A DNA stretch of 64,000 nucleotides from Burkholderiales bacterium. Its GTDB lineage: Bacteria > Pseudomonadota > Gammaproteobacteria > Burkholderiales > Burkholderiaceae_C. Made by a program: the position numbers and the translations under genes. The stretch spans positions 10,177 through 74,176 of the forward strand of contig JBBQVF010000007.1 in the NCBI GenBank assembly GCA_038211805.1, in the 5' to 3' direction. The notes below the pieces were generated by a model. That model searched no databases. It was not told the origin of the DNA and saw nothing but the letters and a program-made list of their open reading frames with translations. Of this stretch, positions 1 to 11,284 are shown piece after piece. Numbering within the stretch: position 1 is the first letter of the stretch; each line of letters opens with the position of its first letter.

Positions 1-438
1 CCCAAAACGGTGGCCAATTTCGTGCAGTACGTGAAAGCCGGCCACTACGACGGCGTGGTGTTCCACCGCGTGATCGACGGCTTCATGATCCAGGCCGGCG
101 GCTTCACCCCCGACATGAAAGAAAAGCCGACCCGCGCGCCGATCCCGCTGGAATCGCGCAACGGCCTGTCGAACCTGCGCGGCACGTTGGCAATGGCCCG
201 CACCTCGGTGCCCGATTCGGCATCGGCGCAGTTTTTCATCAACGTCGGCGACAACCTCAACCTCGATGCTGCCAAGTCGCAAGACGGCCACGGTTATGCC
301 GTTTTCGGCAAGGTCGTCGAAGGCATGGACATCGTCGACAAGATCAAGACCGTGCCCGTGGGCAACCAGGCCGGGCACCAGAACGTGCCCAGGCAACCGG
401 TGATCATTCAACAAGCCACCCTCATCCAGGAGAAATGA
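1..438 (+). CDS. ppiA: Cyclophilin-type peptidyl-prolyl cis-trans isomerase (5' end outside window)
   Basis: Frame open from base 1 (PKTVANF); [20 protein letters not shown] and SAQFFIN motifs; directly upstream of a second cyclophilin and lpxH. Confidence 0.85.
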   Translation, partial: PKTVANFVQYVKAGHYDGVVFHRVIDGFMIQAGGFTPDMKEKPTRAPIPLESRNGLSNLRGTLAMARTSVPDSASAQFFINVGDNLNLDAAKSQDGHGYAVFGKVVEGMDIVDKIKTVPVGNQAGHQNVPRQPVIIQQATLIQEK

Positions 439-439
439 C

Positions 440-943
440 ATGACCAAGACCGTAGAACTGACCACCAGCGCGGGTGTCGTGCGCATCGAACTCGACGACG
501 CCAAGGCGCCGCTGACCGTCGCGAATTTTCTGACCTACGTCAACAGCGGCCACTACGACGGCACCATCTTCCACCGCGTGATCCCGGGCTTCATGGTCCA
601 GGGCGGCGGTTTCACGGCCGACATGCAGCAGAAGCCCACCAACGCCACGATCCAGAACGAGGCCAACAACGGCCTGAAGAACAACAAGTACACGCTGGCG
701 ATGGCCCGCACCAGCGCGCCGCATTCGGCCAGCGCGCAGTTTTTCATCAACGGCACCGACAACGACTTCCTCAATTTCAAGAGCGAAAGCTCGCAGGGCT
801 GGGGCTATGCGGTGTTCGGCAAGGTCGTGAGCGGCACCGAGGTGGTCGACCAGATCGAGCGCGTGGCCACCGGCAACAAAGGCGGTCATGAGAACGTGCC
901 CAAGGAAGCCGTGACCATCGTCAAGGCGGTCGAGATCGTCTGA
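440..943 (+). CDS. ppiB: Cyclophilin-type peptidyl-prolyl isomerase B
   Basis: [23 protein letters not shown] and WGYAVFGKV motifs; GGAGA RBS; conserved ppiB-lpxH order. Confidence 0.92.
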   Translation: MTKTVELTTSAGVVRIELDDAKAPLTVANFLTYVNSGHYDGTIFHRVIPGFMVQGGGFTADMQQKPTNATIQNEANNGLKNNKYTLAMARTSAPHSASAQFFINGTDNDFLNFKSESSQGWGYAVFGKVVSGTEVVDQIERVATGNKGGHENVPKEAVTIVKAVEIV

Positions 944-959
944 TGGCCGGGTCAGCAGG

Positions 960-1763
960 TTGAACGGCGGCGGGCCGGTGTTCGCGCAGTTCCACGCCGA
1001 CCCTGCCTGGAAGACCATCGACTTGCTGTCGGACGTGCACCTGCACGCCGACCAGCCGCGCACCTTCGCGGCCTGGCGCGACCACCTGCTCGGCACGCCG
1101 GCCGACGCCGTGCTGATGCTGGGCGACCTGTTCGAGGTCTGGGTGGGCGACGATGCCCGCCACGGCAGGTTCGAAGCCGAGTGCCTGGCCGTCTTGCAGG
1201 CCGCCAGCCACCAGCGGGTGCTGGCCTTTCTGCCTGGCAACCGTGACTTCCTGGTCGGCGACATGCTGTTGGCCGAGGCCGGCGTGCGGCGCCTGGCCGA
1301 CCCCACCGTGCTGCTGGCCTTCGGCGAGCGTTTCCTGCTGACCCATGGCGACGCGCTGTGCCTGGCCGACACCGACTACCAGCGCTTTCGTGCCGAGGTG
1401 CGCGGTGCCGACTGGCAGACCGCGTTCCTGGCCTTGCCGCTGGACGAGCGGCAGCGCCAGGCGCGGGCGATGCGCGATGCCAGTGCGGTGCGCCAGGCCG
1501 CGATGCCGGCCGAACAATGGAGCGATGTCGACAACGGCGCGGCAGCCGGCTGGCTGGCGCAGGCCAATGCCCGCATCATGGTCCACGGCCACACCCACCG
1601 GCCGGCGCTGCACGCCCTGCCCGGTGGCGGCTGCCGCCATGTGCTGGGCGACTGGGACTTCGAGGCCACACCGCCCAGGGCGCGGGCGCTGCGCCTGACC
1701 GCAGGCGGGCTGGCTGTGCTGGATTTGGCGGCCGCCCGGCCCCGTTTGAAGCCACGCCCGTGA
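960..1763 (+). CDS. lpxH: UDP-2,3-diacylglucosamine hydrolase
   Basis: Calcineurin-like motifs SDVHL, LGDLFEVWVGDD, GNRDFL, THGDALC and HGHTHRP; follows ppiB. Confidence 0.9.
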   Translation: MNGGGPVFAQFHADPAWKTIDLLSDVHLHADQPRTFAAWRDHLLGTPADAVLMLGDLFEVWVGDDARHGRFEAECLAVLQAASHQRVLAFLPGNRDFLVGDMLLAEAGVRRLADPTVLLAFGERFLLTHGDALCLADTDYQRFRAEVRGADWQTAFLALPLDERQRQARAMRDASAVRQAAMPAEQWSDVDNGAAAGWLAQANARIMVHGHTHRPALHALPGGGCRHVLGDWDFEATPPRARALRLTAGGLAVLDLAAARPRLKPRP

Positions 1764-2557
1764 AGTCACTGCTGCGCCGCTGGCAGGCCCACCGCGAGGC
1801 ACGCGTGTTGTCGCGCCGCGCCATTCCTGATCCGCTGTGGCGACTGACCTTGGCGCGCCTGCCGTTCCTGGCTGCACGGTCGGATGACGATCTGGCTGAG
1901 TTGCGCCGACTCGCCAGCCTGTTCCTCGACCAGAAGGAGTTCACCGGTGGCGGCGGCCTGGAGATCGACGACCAGATCGCCGTCTGCATCGCCGCGCAGG
2001 CGGTGCTGCCGGTGCTGCGGTTCGGCCTGGCGCCTTACGCCGGCTTCGTCGGCATCGTCGTGCACCCCGACGAGGTGGTGGCCCGGCGCGAGATCACCGA
2101 CGACGACGGCATCGTGCACGCCTGGGATGAAGTGCTGGCTGGCGAGGCCATGGCCGGCGGCCCGGTGATGCTCAGCTGGCGCGACGTGGCCGGTTCAGGC
2201 GAATCTGCCGACTGGGGCTACAACGTGGTGATCCACGAATTTGCCCATGTGCTCGACATGGGCGATGGCGAGGCCGATGGCATGCCGCCACTGGCCGATG
2301 CAACCGAACGTGAAGCCTGGGCCTCGGTCATCGACCCGGCCTACCAGCGCTTCTGCGAACAGGTGGACAGCGGCGACGAAACCCTGCTGGACCCGTATGG
2401 CGCCACCAGCGTCGACGAGTTCTTCGCGGTGGCGAGCGAGAGCTTTTTCGTCACGCCCAACGAGATGCGCGCCAGGCATCCCGACTTGTACGGGCTGCTG
2501 GCGCGCTATTTCCGACAGGATCCGGCGGCATTCACCGCGGCTTTCACCGCGGCTTGA
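1760..2557 (+). CDS. mtfA: Zinc-dependent peptidase, M90/MtfA family
   Basis: NVVIHEFAHVLD (HEXXH) and YGATSVDEFFAVASESFF; GTG start overlaps the lpxH stop (the track ORF from 1358 is over-extended). Confidence 0.82.
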   Translation: MKSLLRRWQAHREARVLSRRAIPDPLWRLTLARLPFLAARSDDDLAELRRLASLFLDQKEFTGGGGLEIDDQIAVCIAAQAVLPVLRFGLAPYAGFVGIVVHPDEVVARREITDDDGIVHAWDEVLAGEAMAGGPVMLSWRDVAGSGESADWGYNVVIHEFAHVLDMGDGEADGMPPLADATEREAWASVIDPAYQRFCEQVDSGDETLLDPYGATSVDEFFAVASESFFVTPNEMRARHPDLYGLLARYFRQDPAAFTAAFTAA

Positions 2558-2591
2558 CCGGCGCCCTGCAGGCGGCCGGACAGGTCGCCGG

Positions 2592-4904
2592 TCAGGCGGG
2601 TGTCGGCTCGGTCTTGGGCTTGTCGCTTTTCTTGGGCGGCAGGATGTCGAGCTTGACCGCTCCTTCGTCGTCGACATCCACCGTCAGGCGGCCACCATCG
2701 ACCAGGCGGCCGAACAGCAACTCATCGGCCAGCGCGCGACGGATGGTGTCCTGGATCAGACGCTGCATCGGGCGCGCGCCCATCAGCGGGTCGAACCCCT
2801 TCTTCGCCAATTGCTTGCGCAGCGCATCGGTGAAGGTGACCTCGACCTTCTTCTCGGTCAACTGGGCTTCCAGCTGCAACAGGAACTTGTCGACCACGCG
2901 CAAGATGATCGACTCATCGAGCGCCCGGAAGCTGACGGTGGCGTCCAGCCGGTTGCGGAACTCGGGCGTGAACATGCGCTTGATGTCGGCCATCTCGTCG
3001 CCTTGCTCGCGCGCCGTGGTGAAGCCGATGGTCGACTTGTTCATGGTTTCGGCGCCCGCATTGGTCGTCATGATGATGATGACGTTGCGGAAATCGGCCT
3101 TGCGCCCGTTGTTGTCGGTCAGCGCGCCATGGTCCATCACCTGCAGCAACACGTTGTAGACGTCAGGGTGGGCCTTCTCGATCTCGTCGAGCAGCAGCAC
3201 GCAATGCGGCTTCTTGGTCACCGCCTCGGTCATCAGGCCGCCCTGGTCGAACCCGACGTAGCCCGGCGGCGCGCCGATCAGGCGGCTGACGGCATGGCGT
3301 TCCATGTACTCGGACATGTCGAAGCGGATCAGCTCGATGCCCAGGATGTAGGCCAGCTGCTTGGCCACTTCGGTCTTGCCCACGCCGGTGGGGCCCGAGA
3401 ACAGGAACGAGCCGATCGGCTTGTCGGGCCGTCCCAGGCCGGAGCGCGCCATCTTGATGGCCGCGGCCAGGGCGTCGATCGCCGGCTCCTGACCGAACAC
3501 CACGCTCTTCAAGTCGCGGTCCAGACTCTTCAGCTTGCCACGGTCGTCGTTGCTCACCGACGCCGGGGGGATGCGCGCGATCTTGGCGACGATCTCCTCG
3601 ACTTCATTGCGGGTGATGGTCTTCTTCTGCTTGCTCTTGGGCAGGATGCGCTGAGCGGCGCCGGCTTCGTCGATCACGTCGATCGCCTTGTCGGGCAGGT
3701 GGCGGTCGTTGATGAACTTGGCCGACAACTCCGCCGCAGCCTGCAGTGCGCCCAACGCGTACTTCACGTTGTGGTGGTCTTCGAAGCGCGACTTCAGGCC
3801 CTTGAGGATTTCGACCGTCTGCTCGACCGACGGCTCGACCACGTCGATCTTCTGGAAGCGACGCGACAGGGCCGCATCCTTCTCGAAAATGCCGCGGTAT
3901 TCAGTGAAGGTGGTCGCGCCAATGCACTTCATCGTGCCGTTGCTCAGCGCGGGCTTGAGCAGGTTCGAGGCATCCAGCGTGCCGCCCGACGCCGCGCCGG
4001 CGCCGATCAGCGTGTGGATCTCGTCGACGAACAGCACCGAGTTGGGCTGGTCCTTCAGCTGCTTGAGCACCCCCTTCAGGCGCTGCTCGAAGTCGCCGCG
4101 GTACTTGGTGCCGGCCAGCAGCGAGCCCATGTCCAGCGAGTAGACGGTGGCGTTGGCCAGCACCTCGGGCACGTCGCCCTGGGTGATGCGCCAGGCCAGG
4201 CCTTCGGCTATGGCCGTCTTGCCCACGCCTGCCTCGCCGACCAGCAGCGGGTTGTTCTTGCGCCGGCGGCACAGGATCTGGATGACACGCTCAACCTCGT
4301 GGTCACGGCCGATCAGCGGGTCGATCTTGCCGTCCTTGGCCAGCTGGTTCAGGTTCTGGGTGAACTGATCCAGCGGCGATCCCTTGCCGGATTCGGCCGA
4401 GGTGTCCTCTTTCTCGGTTTCACCGCTGCCGGGCTCGCCGCTGCCCTTGGTCGGCTCGGGGGGCTCGCTCTTCTTGATGCCATGGGCGATGAAGTTGACG
4501 ACATCGAGCCGGGTGACGCCCTGCTGGTGCAGGTAGTAGACAGCGTGTGAGTCCTTCTCGCCGAAGATCGCCACCAGGACGTTGGCACCGGTGACTTCCT
4601 TCTTGCCCGAGCCGGTGGACTGCACATGCATGATGGCGCGCTGAATCACCCGCTGGAAACCCAGCGTGGGCTGCGTGTCCACCTCTTCGGTGCCGCCTAC
4701 GGTGGGCGTGTTTTCCTTGATGAAGGTGGTCAGGCTCTTGCGCAGGTCGTCGATGTTGGCCGCGCAGGCCTTCAGCACTTCAGCAGCGGACGGGTTGTCC
4801 AGCAACGCGAGCAACAGGTGCTCGACGGTGATGAACTCGTGGCGCTGCTGGCGCGCCTCGACGAATGCCATGTGCAGGCTGACTTCCAATTCTTGCGCAA
4901 TCAT
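2592..4904 (-). CDS. clpA: ATP-dependent Clp protease ATP-binding subunit ClpA
   Basis: [11 protein letters not shown] start; two Walker A motifs ([16 protein letters not shown]); ATGA overlap with the clpS stop. Confidence 0.96.
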   Translation of the reverse strand: MIAQELEVSLHMAFVEARQQRHEFITVEHLLLALLDNPSAAEVLKACAANIDDLRKSLTTFIKENTPTVGGTEEVDTQPTLGFQRVIQRAIMHVQSTGSGKKEVTGANVLVAIFGEKDSHAVYYLHQQGVTRLDVVNFIAHGIKKSEPPEPTKGSGEPGSGETEKEDTSAESGKGSPLDQFTQNLNQLAKDGKIDPLIGRDHEVERVIQILCRRRKNNPLLVGEAGVGKTAIAEGLAWRITQGDVPEVLANATVYSLDMGSLLAGTKYRGDFEQRLKGVLKQLKDQPNSVLFVDEIHTLIGAGAASGGTLDASNLLKPALSNGTMKCIGATTFTEYRGIFEKDAALSRRFQKIDVVEPSVEQTVEILKGLKSRFEDHHNVKYALGALQAAAELSAKFINDRHLPDKAIDVIDEAGAAQRILPKSKQKKTITRNEVEEIVAKIARIPPASVSNDDRGKLKSLDRDLKSVVFGQEPAIDALAAAIKMARSGLGRPDKPIGSFLFSGPTGVGKTEVAKQLAYILGIELIRFDMSEYMERHAVSRLIGAPPGYVGFDQGGLMTEAVTKKPHCVLLLDEIEKAHPDVYNVLLQVMDHGALTDNNGRKADFRNVIIIMTTNAGAETMNKSTIGFTTAREQGDEMADIKRMFTPEFRNRLDATVSFRALDESIILRVVDKFLLQLEAQLTEKKVEVTFTDALRKQLAKKGFDPLMGARPMQRLIQDTIRRALADELLFGRLVDGGRLTVDVDDEGAVKLDILPPKKSDKPKTEPTPA

Positions 4905-5257
4905 GCGGCCTCCATAATGCACTGCAGCGGATGCCCGGCGCGGCGAGCCGCGGCGGACACGAGTTCAACTTTCGTGGCCGCGACGTCCTTGGAATAGACG
5001 CCGCAGACACCCCGACCTTCGTGGTGGATCTTCAACATGATGAGCGTGGCCGATTCGATATCGCGCTTGAAGTACTGCTGCAACACCATGACCACGAACT
5101 CCATCGGCGTGTAGTCGTCATTGAGCAGCACCACTTGGTACATCTGGGGTGGCTTGGTGCGTGCGGTCTTGCGCTCGACCACCACGGCGCCGTTGTCGCC
5201 CCGGCGCGGCTGTGCCGGCGGCTTTGGCGGTGGTGCGGGTGGTTCTTCCTGAGGCAT
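4901..5257 (-). CDS. clpS: ClpS adaptor
   Basis: [17 protein letters not shown] ... HPLQC motifs; upstream of clpA. Confidence 0.96.
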   Translation of the reverse strand: MPQEEPPAPPPKPPAQPRRGDNGAVVVERKTARTKPPQMYQVVLLNDDYTPMEFVVMVLQQYFKRDIESATLIMLKIHHEGRGVCGVYSKDVAATKVELVSAAARRAGHPLQCIMEAA

Positions 5258-5526
5258 GCTTCATTCTATCGAGTCGTGGTCTGTGCCATTGGCTGGATCG
5301 GATATTGCGCCTGAAACCAAAGTTGCAAGGCATGAAAAGCGCCGCCTGACTTGACCAGATGCTAAACAACCGTCACCCATGGACTGGACCCTGCTGCCGG
5401 CCGTCATGCTGCCTGTAGGGGAAACACGACTCCAACCGGTCCAGTTTTCCGCCTTGTCACTGTGTCAGCACCTTCCGCAAAATTTCCACACACCTTCATG
5501 AGTCGAGGGTGATCCGGGAGCAAACG

Positions 5527-5769
5527 ATGTTGGTAGGCACAGTCAAGTGGTTCAACGACGCCAAGGGCTTTGGGTTCATCGAGCCAGAGGGCGGCGGACC
5601 GGACGTCTTCGCCCATTTCTCGGCGATCGAGATGGAAGGCTTCCGCACCCTCAAGCAGGGTGGTAGCGTCAGCTACGAGCTGGTGCAGGGGCCCAAGGGC
5701 AACCTGGCACAAAACATTCGGTCGGTGGCGACCCAGGATTCACCGCAGTACGCTGCCCAGGCCGCCTGA
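5527..5769 (+). CDS. cspD: Cold-shock domain protein, CspD-like
   Basis: [15 protein letters not shown] and [17 protein letters not shown]; divergent from clpS, as cspD usually is. Confidence 0.85.
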   Translation: MLVGTVKWFNDAKGFGFIEPEGGGPDVFAHFSAIEMEGFRTLKQGGSVSYELVQGPKGNLAQNIRSVATQDSPQYAAQAA

Positions 5770-5791
5770 GCGATCAGGTTTGCACCAAGAG

Positions 5792-5824
5792 GCGCTGGCC
5801 GATCAGTTCGGCCAGCGCTTTTTT
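5792..5824 (+). terminator. Intrinsic terminator after cspD
   Basis: 11-bp stem GCGCTGGCCGA/TCGGCCAGCGC, 5-nt loop, then T6. Confidence 0.8.
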
Positions 5825-5839
5825 CATGGCCGTTCGCGG

Positions 5840-6568
5840 TCAGGCTTCGCTGAGCTTCATCAGGATGTCGGCATACCAGGCGCAATTCAGGCCCAGCGAT
5901 TCATCCTGCACCTTGTCGCGGTCGGCCATGTCCAGCCGCGCCGAATGCACGCCCAGCAGCTTCCAGGGCAGTTGGGCATCGGCATCGGCGTCGTGGTCGC
6001 GCATGACCACGGGTGCGCCGCTGGTGCCGCGGTGGGTGCGCGCATCGGTCAGGAAGTAGCCCTGGCCCTGGAAGCGCATGCCGAAGGCCGAGGCGATGAC
6101 CGACTGACGCACCACCGGCAAGTGATGCAAGGTGTCGTGGAAGCCCAGCGGGAACCCGACGATCAGCACCGAGCTGCCCACCTCCACCGCCTCGGTCAGG
6201 GGCACCAGATGCTCGGGTGTGAAGGCGTACAGCAGCGAGTCCTCAGGCAGCGCGCCGCGCTGGATCTCGATCATCGCGACGTCGATCTCGCCGCCGGAGT
6301 CGGTGCCCTGGCGCCACTGGCTCTTGCCGTCCTGGTACAGCAGCAGCGAGAAGCGCGCCGATTTGCCGAGGTCGGCCGTCGCGGTGTGCAACTCGATCTC
6401 GATGCGGTTGGGGTGGTGCTCGGTCGGCTCGTCGATCAGGACATGTCGGCTGGTGACGAGGAACAGGCGCTGGTCGCGTTCGAAGAAAAAGCCGCTGGCG
6501 TTGGTCAGGCCGCGTTGGTGCTCGAAAGTGGCGATGCGCGCGGCCGACAGCAGCAGGGAATCGATCAT
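5840..6568 (-). CDS. Trypsin-like serine protease
   Basis: LVTSRHV (His), EIDVA (Asp) and THRGTSGAPV (Ser) triad motifs; start could extend to 6610. Confidence 0.75.
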   Translation of the reverse strand: MIDSLLLSAARIATFEHQRGLTNASGFFFERDQRLFLVTSRHVLIDEPTEHHPNRIEIELHTATADLGKSARFSLLLYQDGKSQWRQGTDSGGEIDVAMIEIQRGALPEDSLLYAFTPEHLVPLTEAVEVGSSVLIVGFPLGFHDTLHHLPVVRQSVIASAFGMRFQGQGYFLTDARTHRGTSGAPVVMRDHDADADAQLPWKLLGVHSARLDMADRDKVQDESLGLNCAWYADILMKLSEA

Positions 6569-6666
6569 GCGCTCGACGATACCACCGGGGTGCTGACGCT
6601 CAGGCGTCACGGTGGGCCGGCGGGCGCGCGCCAGAATCCGGCCTGTCCAAGCCCACCAGGATCACC

Positions 6667-7203
6667 ATGACCCGCCTGCCCCTGCTCACCGACGACCAGG
6701 TCGGCCCGCCCGACCTGGTGGCCGCCATCCGCCAGCGACGCGGCGGCGATTTGCTGGACCTCGACCGCCTGCTGCTGCACAGCCCGGTATTCGCCACTGG
6801 CTGGGGCGAGTTCATGGGCCGGGTGCGCACCGGCTTGGCGCTGCCGCCGCTGCTGCGCGAACTGGCGATGTGCGGCGTGGCGGCCCTGAACGGCGCCGAC
6901 TTCGAGATGCACCACCACGCGCCCCTGTACCGTGCGGCGGGGGCGACCGAGGCCCAGCTGGCCGCGCTGCGCCGTCTGGGCGAGGAGCCGGGGCTGGCCA
7001 ACGACCCGGTGTTCGATGCCACCCAGCAGGCCGTGCTGGCACTGGTGGTTGAGATGACGCGCCGCGTCCAGGTGCAGGATGCCACCTTTGCCCGGGCACG
7101 CGATGCACTGGGCGGCGACAGCCAGATGTTCGAGCTGGTCGGTGTGATCGCCGCCTACAACATGGTGTCGCGCATCCTGGTGGCCCTCGAGCTCGAGCCC
7201 TGA
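6667..7203 (+). CDS. Carboxymuconolactone decarboxylase/AhpD-like protein
   Basis: LLHSP ... LRELA ... EMHHH ... IAAYNMVSR pattern typical of the family. Confidence 0.8.
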   Translation: MTRLPLLTDDQVGPPDLVAAIRQRRGGDLLDLDRLLLHSPVFATGWGEFMGRVRTGLALPPLLRELAMCGVAALNGADFEMHHHAPLYRAAGATEAQLAALRRLGEEPGLANDPVFDATQQAVLALVVEMTRRVQVQDATFARARDALGGDSQMFELVGVIAAYNMVSRILVALELEP

Positions 7204-7309
7204 CCGGGGCCGGTTCGACACCAGGCCCCCAACGGACGACGATCAGCCTGGACGAACGGCTCGCACTGCCTGCCTGGCCCCGAAGGCGGCCCGCTGAGCG
7301 CGCGCCGGG

Positions 7310-8482
7310 TCAGAACCCGGCGCGCAATCCGATCGTGACGACCGAAAATCCGCTGGTGAAACTGCCCGACGTGCTGGCGTTGTAGGTGACCGGCACGTTG
7401 TTGAAGAACAGGTTGCTGCTGATCTGCGCGCGGATGAAGGGGCTCCAGGTCGGATGCCACTTGTAAGCGGCCTCCAGCATCAGCTGGTGGTTGTGCCGCA
7501 CCACCGGGTTGCCGCGGCGGGCCAGGATGTCGTCGACATCGTCGCGGCGGATGCTGTAGTAGAGGTAGCCACCGGTCAGCAGCCAGGCGTCGTTGCGCCA
7601 TTGCGCATTGCCACCGACCTGCATGAAACGGCCGCTCCAGGCGATTTCACGCGCCACGTCGACGCCGTAGTCGCCGCTGCTGTCGTAGAACTGCTTGATC
7701 ACCGCGCCGCCGCTGCCGGCGCAGGGCTCGATCAGCGCGCCGAAGATGTCGTTGCCGGTGAATGTCAAGTCGTAGTTGCAATCGGCAATGCGGGTGGTGG
7801 CGGCCAGCCCGCCGTAGGACAAACGGGTGACGCCGCCGCTGATCAAGGCCGTCAGATCAAGCTGCGACGACAGCGGCCAGGTGGCGATCAGATCGGCCTG
7901 CATCTGCCGGTCGCTGGGTTTTGACACCGTCACGGTGTTCAGCACCGCCCCCGGCAGCCGCACCGGCGTGGTGGCGGCGGTCTCCGACGCGCTGTCGCCC
8001 CAGGCCGACAGGCGCAGTGCGACGGCCGGCACGGCGCCGGCCGCGTCGTTGAAGCGGTACTGGCCAGCCAGCTGCCAGCTGCGGTAGTCGAAGCGGTCGA
8101 CGGCATTCTTGATCTGACGCTGCCACAACCCGCCCGACAGCCACAGCCGGTCGGTCGCCCGCCAGGCCGCGTGCAACTGCCCGCCGCGGTAGTCACCCTC
8201 GGTGGCCGACGCGACCTGCCCCAAGGGGTCGGCCGAAGTCGAGAAATCGAGCGCGCCGACCGCCTTGTCGTAGCCCACCTCGATCCGGCCCCGCGGGTCT
8301 GATCGCTCGGGCGTGGCGGTGAGCAGCGCATCCAGAGGGGCGGCGAACGCCGCCGGGCCCGCAAACAGCGCCAGCAGCAGCACGGGCAGCCCCGGCCCGC
8401 CCCAGTGGGCGGCAGGCCGGGCCATGGCACTCGAGCGGGCTGGCCACTCGCCGCCTGTGGGAATGACCCGCGTCGCAGCCAC
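7310..8482 (-). CDS. Uncharacterised outer-membrane beta-barrel protein
   Basis: Signal peptide ending AAFA; amphipathic aromatic-rich strands; C-terminal IGLRAGF; GTG start 1 nt after the upstream stop (alternative ATG at 8425). Confidence 0.7.
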   Translation of the reverse strand: MAATRVIPTGGEWPARSSAMARPAAHWGGPGLPVLLLALFAGPAAFAAPLDALLTATPERSDPRGRIEVGYDKAVGALDFSTSADPLGQVASATEGDYRGGQLHAAWRATDRLWLSGGLWQRQIKNAVDRFDYRSWQLAGQYRFNDAAGAVPAVALRLSAWGDSASETAATTPVRLPGAVLNTVTVSKPSDRQMQADLIATWPLSSQLDLTALISGGVTRLSYGGLAATTRIADCNYDLTFTGNDIFGALIEPCAGSGGAVIKQFYDSSGDYGVDVAREIAWSGRFMQVGGNAQWRNDAWLLTGGYLYYSIRRDDVDDILARRGNPVVRHNHQLMLEAAYKWHPTWSPFIRAQISSNLFFNNVPVTYNASTSGSFTSGFSVVTIGLRAGF

Positions 8483-8483
8483 G

Positions 8484-11138
8484 TCAGTCGGTCAAAGTGA
8501 CGTAGCCTTCCAGGCCAGGCCCTTCGAACGTCTTGCTCGCCGAGACGACGCCGCCTGCGCCCAGCACGGTCGGCACGACCACCACCTTGGTCGGCAGTGC
8601 GGTGCCGTCGGCCCTGCGCAGCGGGAAGCCACCGGGCAGCTTCGGCGTCTCCATCAGAACCACCTTCACCCGGTACTTGCCGCGCAGCGCGTAGATGCCG
8701 GTGAAACCCTGGCCGCTGATGTTGTTGATCGCGTACTGCACCACCTCGCCGAAGACCAGGCCATTGGTCATGTTCACCGCGGTGGTGAGCGTGTTGCCCA
8801 CACCCTTCACGCCGCCGCCGAAATCGATCACCAGCTTTTTCTTGGCGTCGGTCGACACGGTGTAGGCCAGTGAGTCTGCCGAGCTTGTCGGCACGGCGAT
8901 TTCCAGGCCGGTGGCCGTCTTCCTGATGTCGACGTTGGCGATGTAGGCCTGGATTTCACCCTTGCCACCCGCCACCATCTCGGTGATCGACACCGCGGCA
9001 CTCACCTTCAGGCCGGCCGGCAGGCTGAAGTTGCCAACATCCGTCAACGCCACCTTCATCAACATCGGCGACGGGATCGGCCAGCCCACGCGGATGCCGG
9101 CATCGGATTCGAACTCCCTCATCGTGTAGACCGTCTGGGCAGATCCGTTGACCAGCCTGATCGAGTCGCTCACCAGTGCCAGGTAGCCGGGCGCAGGCGG
9201 GACGACGGCCGAATCGGAGACCAGCGTCACGTCATCGACGTAATAGGACTGGCCGGACCCGACGACGCCGCTGTCCGGGATGATGGCGATCGAGTTGTAG
9301 GTCTTGCTGAGATCCACTTTGCCGGTGAAGACCCAGGTCATGGTCTGCCAGCCCACCACGGTTGTCGCCGTCGCAGCGACCTCTCCGCTGGAGATGCCCG
9401 TCGAGACATTCCCGTTCTCGGCCTTCATCACCATCACGGCACCGGCCTTGGGCGAATAGACACGGGCCGTGAGGGTCCGGCTGGTGGTGGTGAAGGGAAT
9501 GGTCGCCGTCGGGAAGTAGAAACCTGCCCAGGTGTCGCCCGCCGACTTGATGAACTTGGCTGCATCGCCCGAGCCGCCCGTCGGGCCTGCAGCCACCGAG
9601 ATCGCCGCGCCGGCGCCAAACTGGCCCAACGTGGTCGGCAGTGCACTGTCGAAGTTGATCGGCAGCGGCGTGTCGGTGGACGGCGGCGGCGTGGTGCTGT
9701 CGGTGACCAGCGCAATGTCGTCGAAATAGTAAGACTGGCCCGGTGCGGCATCGACCGTGCCGAAGTTCGGCAACAGCGTCAGCTTGTTGTAGACCTTGCT
9801 CGGATCGAGGCCCGTCGCCACCCAGGTCAGCGTCTGCCAGCCCACCACGACGGGTGTGGTCGCGGGGAAATCGGCTGAAGTCAGGCCGTTGGCACCTTCC
9901 ACCTTCAAAAGCATCGGGACGCCTGCCTTGGGCGAATACACCCGCGCGGTGAAGGTCTTGCGGTCGGCCGCCAGCGGCATGGCCACGGTGGTGATGAACG
10001 CACCCGCATAGACCTCGCCACCCGACCGGAGGATCTTGATCGACTTGCCGCTGGCCACAGCCGGTCCGGCCTCGACCGTGCTGCCTTCGCCGCCGTTGAA
10101 GCCGAGGAAGATGACCGGGGCTGCGCCGTCGAAGGTGATAGGGAACGCGGCTGGCGCGGCAGGCGAGCCAGGCTCCACCGGCACTTGCGGGTCGGTGCCC
10201 AATGCGTCGGCCACCGCGGCGGTCAGGAGCGCTGCCAGGGCCTGGGTGGCTGCGGTCGGCGCGGCCGCCAACTTGGCCGCATTGGCCTTCACGTAGTCGG
10301 TGACCGTTGCGTCACTTTGGCTGGCGGTTGCCGCCGCCGTGAGGCCCGCATCGGTCGACCTCAGGACGTTCAGCGCCTGGGCCGTCAAACCGCCTGAAGC
10401 CACGATACCCAGCGACTCTGCGCTGACGTTGGCCAGCGCGGTCTTGACTTGGGCTGGGATCGTCGCCGAGCCCGCGACCCGGGTCGACGCCGCCTTGACC
10501 AACTGGGCGACCAGGATCGAATCCATGCCATTGCCGCTGATCAGGGTGCCGCCGCCTTGCAGCAGGATGGCGTACGAAGCCACCACCTCGGTGTAGACGG
10601 CCTGCAGCGCCGCGTCGGTGCTGACGCCGCCAAGCCCCGCAAACATCTCGGCGGTCTTGATCAGAAGTTGTTGGATTGCCAGCGACTGCCTCAACAGCGC
10701 CGTGTCGAGCGCCGGGTTGGCGTTGACGATGTCGGTGTTGGCGGCCAGGCCCAGCGTGGCGATCACGCGGTCCTGGCTCATGCCGCCGACCAGCAGGGTG
10801 GTCAGCGGCGTGATCACCGTCGCACCGGCAGGCGCCTTGAACAGGCCCTTGAAGGCCAGCTTGGTGTCGATGTCGGTGCCGCCGAAGGCCATCATGCCAG
10901 CCGCGCAGCCGGGCGATGCGAACGTGAAGCTACCGCCCGAATTGGTGGTGGCTTGCGCCTCGCCTTCGTCGGCCACGCCATTGCCGTTGCTGTCGCACAG
11001 CACGGTCGCGCCACTGAGGTAACCGTCCACCACCCGGCCCGAAGTGGGCAGCGGCGGCGAATCCGCGGAGCCGCCACCGCACGATGCCAGTAGTGAGACT
11101 GCAGCCGCAGTCAGGGTCAGGCGGAGGGAGAACGGCAT
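8484..11138 (-). CDS. Large lipoprotein with two tandem carbohydrate-binding-like modules
   Basis: Lipobox LLASC-GGG; VDGYLSGATV...ITPLTTL N-terminal domain; two ~150-aa repeats (P-I-x-FD ... ARVYSPKAG ... GWQT-x-TW ... GQSYY-x-DD); AGGA RBS before ATG 11138. Confidence 0.75.
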   Translation of the reverse strand: MPFSLRLTLTAAAVSLLASCGGGSADSPPLPTSGRVVDGYLSGATVLCDSNGNGVADEGEAQATTNSGGSFTFASPGCAAGMMAFGGTDIDTKLAFKGLFKAPAGATVITPLTTLLVGGMSQDRVIATLGLAANTDIVNANPALDTALLRQSLAIQQLLIKTAEMFAGLGGVSTDAALQAVYTEVVASYAILLQGGGTLISGNGMDSILVAQLVKAASTRVAGSATIPAQVKTALANVSAESLGIVASGGLTAQALNVLRSTDAGLTAAATASQSDATVTDYVKANAAKLAAAPTAATQALAALLTAAVADALGTDPQVPVEPGSPAAPAAFPITFDGAAPVIFLGFNGGEGSTVEAGPAVASGKSIKILRSGGEVYAGAFITTVAMPLAADRKTFTARVYSPKAGVPMLLKVEGANGLTSADFPATTPVVVGWQTLTWVATGLDPSKVYNKLTLLPNFGTVDAAPGQSYYFDDIALVTDSTTPPPSTDTPLPINFDSALPTTLGQFGAGAAISVAAGPTGGSGDAAKFIKSAGDTWAGFYFPTATIPFTTTSRTLTARVYSPKAGAVMVMKAENGNVSTGISSGEVAATATTVVGWQTMTWVFTGKVDLSKTYNSIAIIPDSGVVGSGQSYYVDDVTLVSDSAVVPPAPGYLALVSDSIRLVNGSAQTVYTMREFESDAGIRVGWPIPSPMLMKVALTDVGNFSLPAGLKVSAAVSITEMVAGGKGEIQAYIANVDIRKTATGLEIAVPTSSADSLAYTVSTDAKKKLVIDFGGGVKGVGNTLTTAVNMTNGLVFGEVVQYAINNISGQGFTGIYALRGKYRVKVVLMETPKLPGGFPLRRADGTALPTKVVVVPTVLGAGGVVSASKTFEGPGLEGYVTLTD

Positions 11139-11284
11139 GATGAATTCCTGGGTTGGACAGCAGTGTCCGGTGCGCAAGGACTGACAGGGAGCGCCTGCGG
11201 GCGGCAAAGACTGCTGCCCGGCGCGGCCAGATGGCCCGCCGCGGTGCAGTTTGGCGACGCGGCAGGCGCCATGAACCACTGTGC

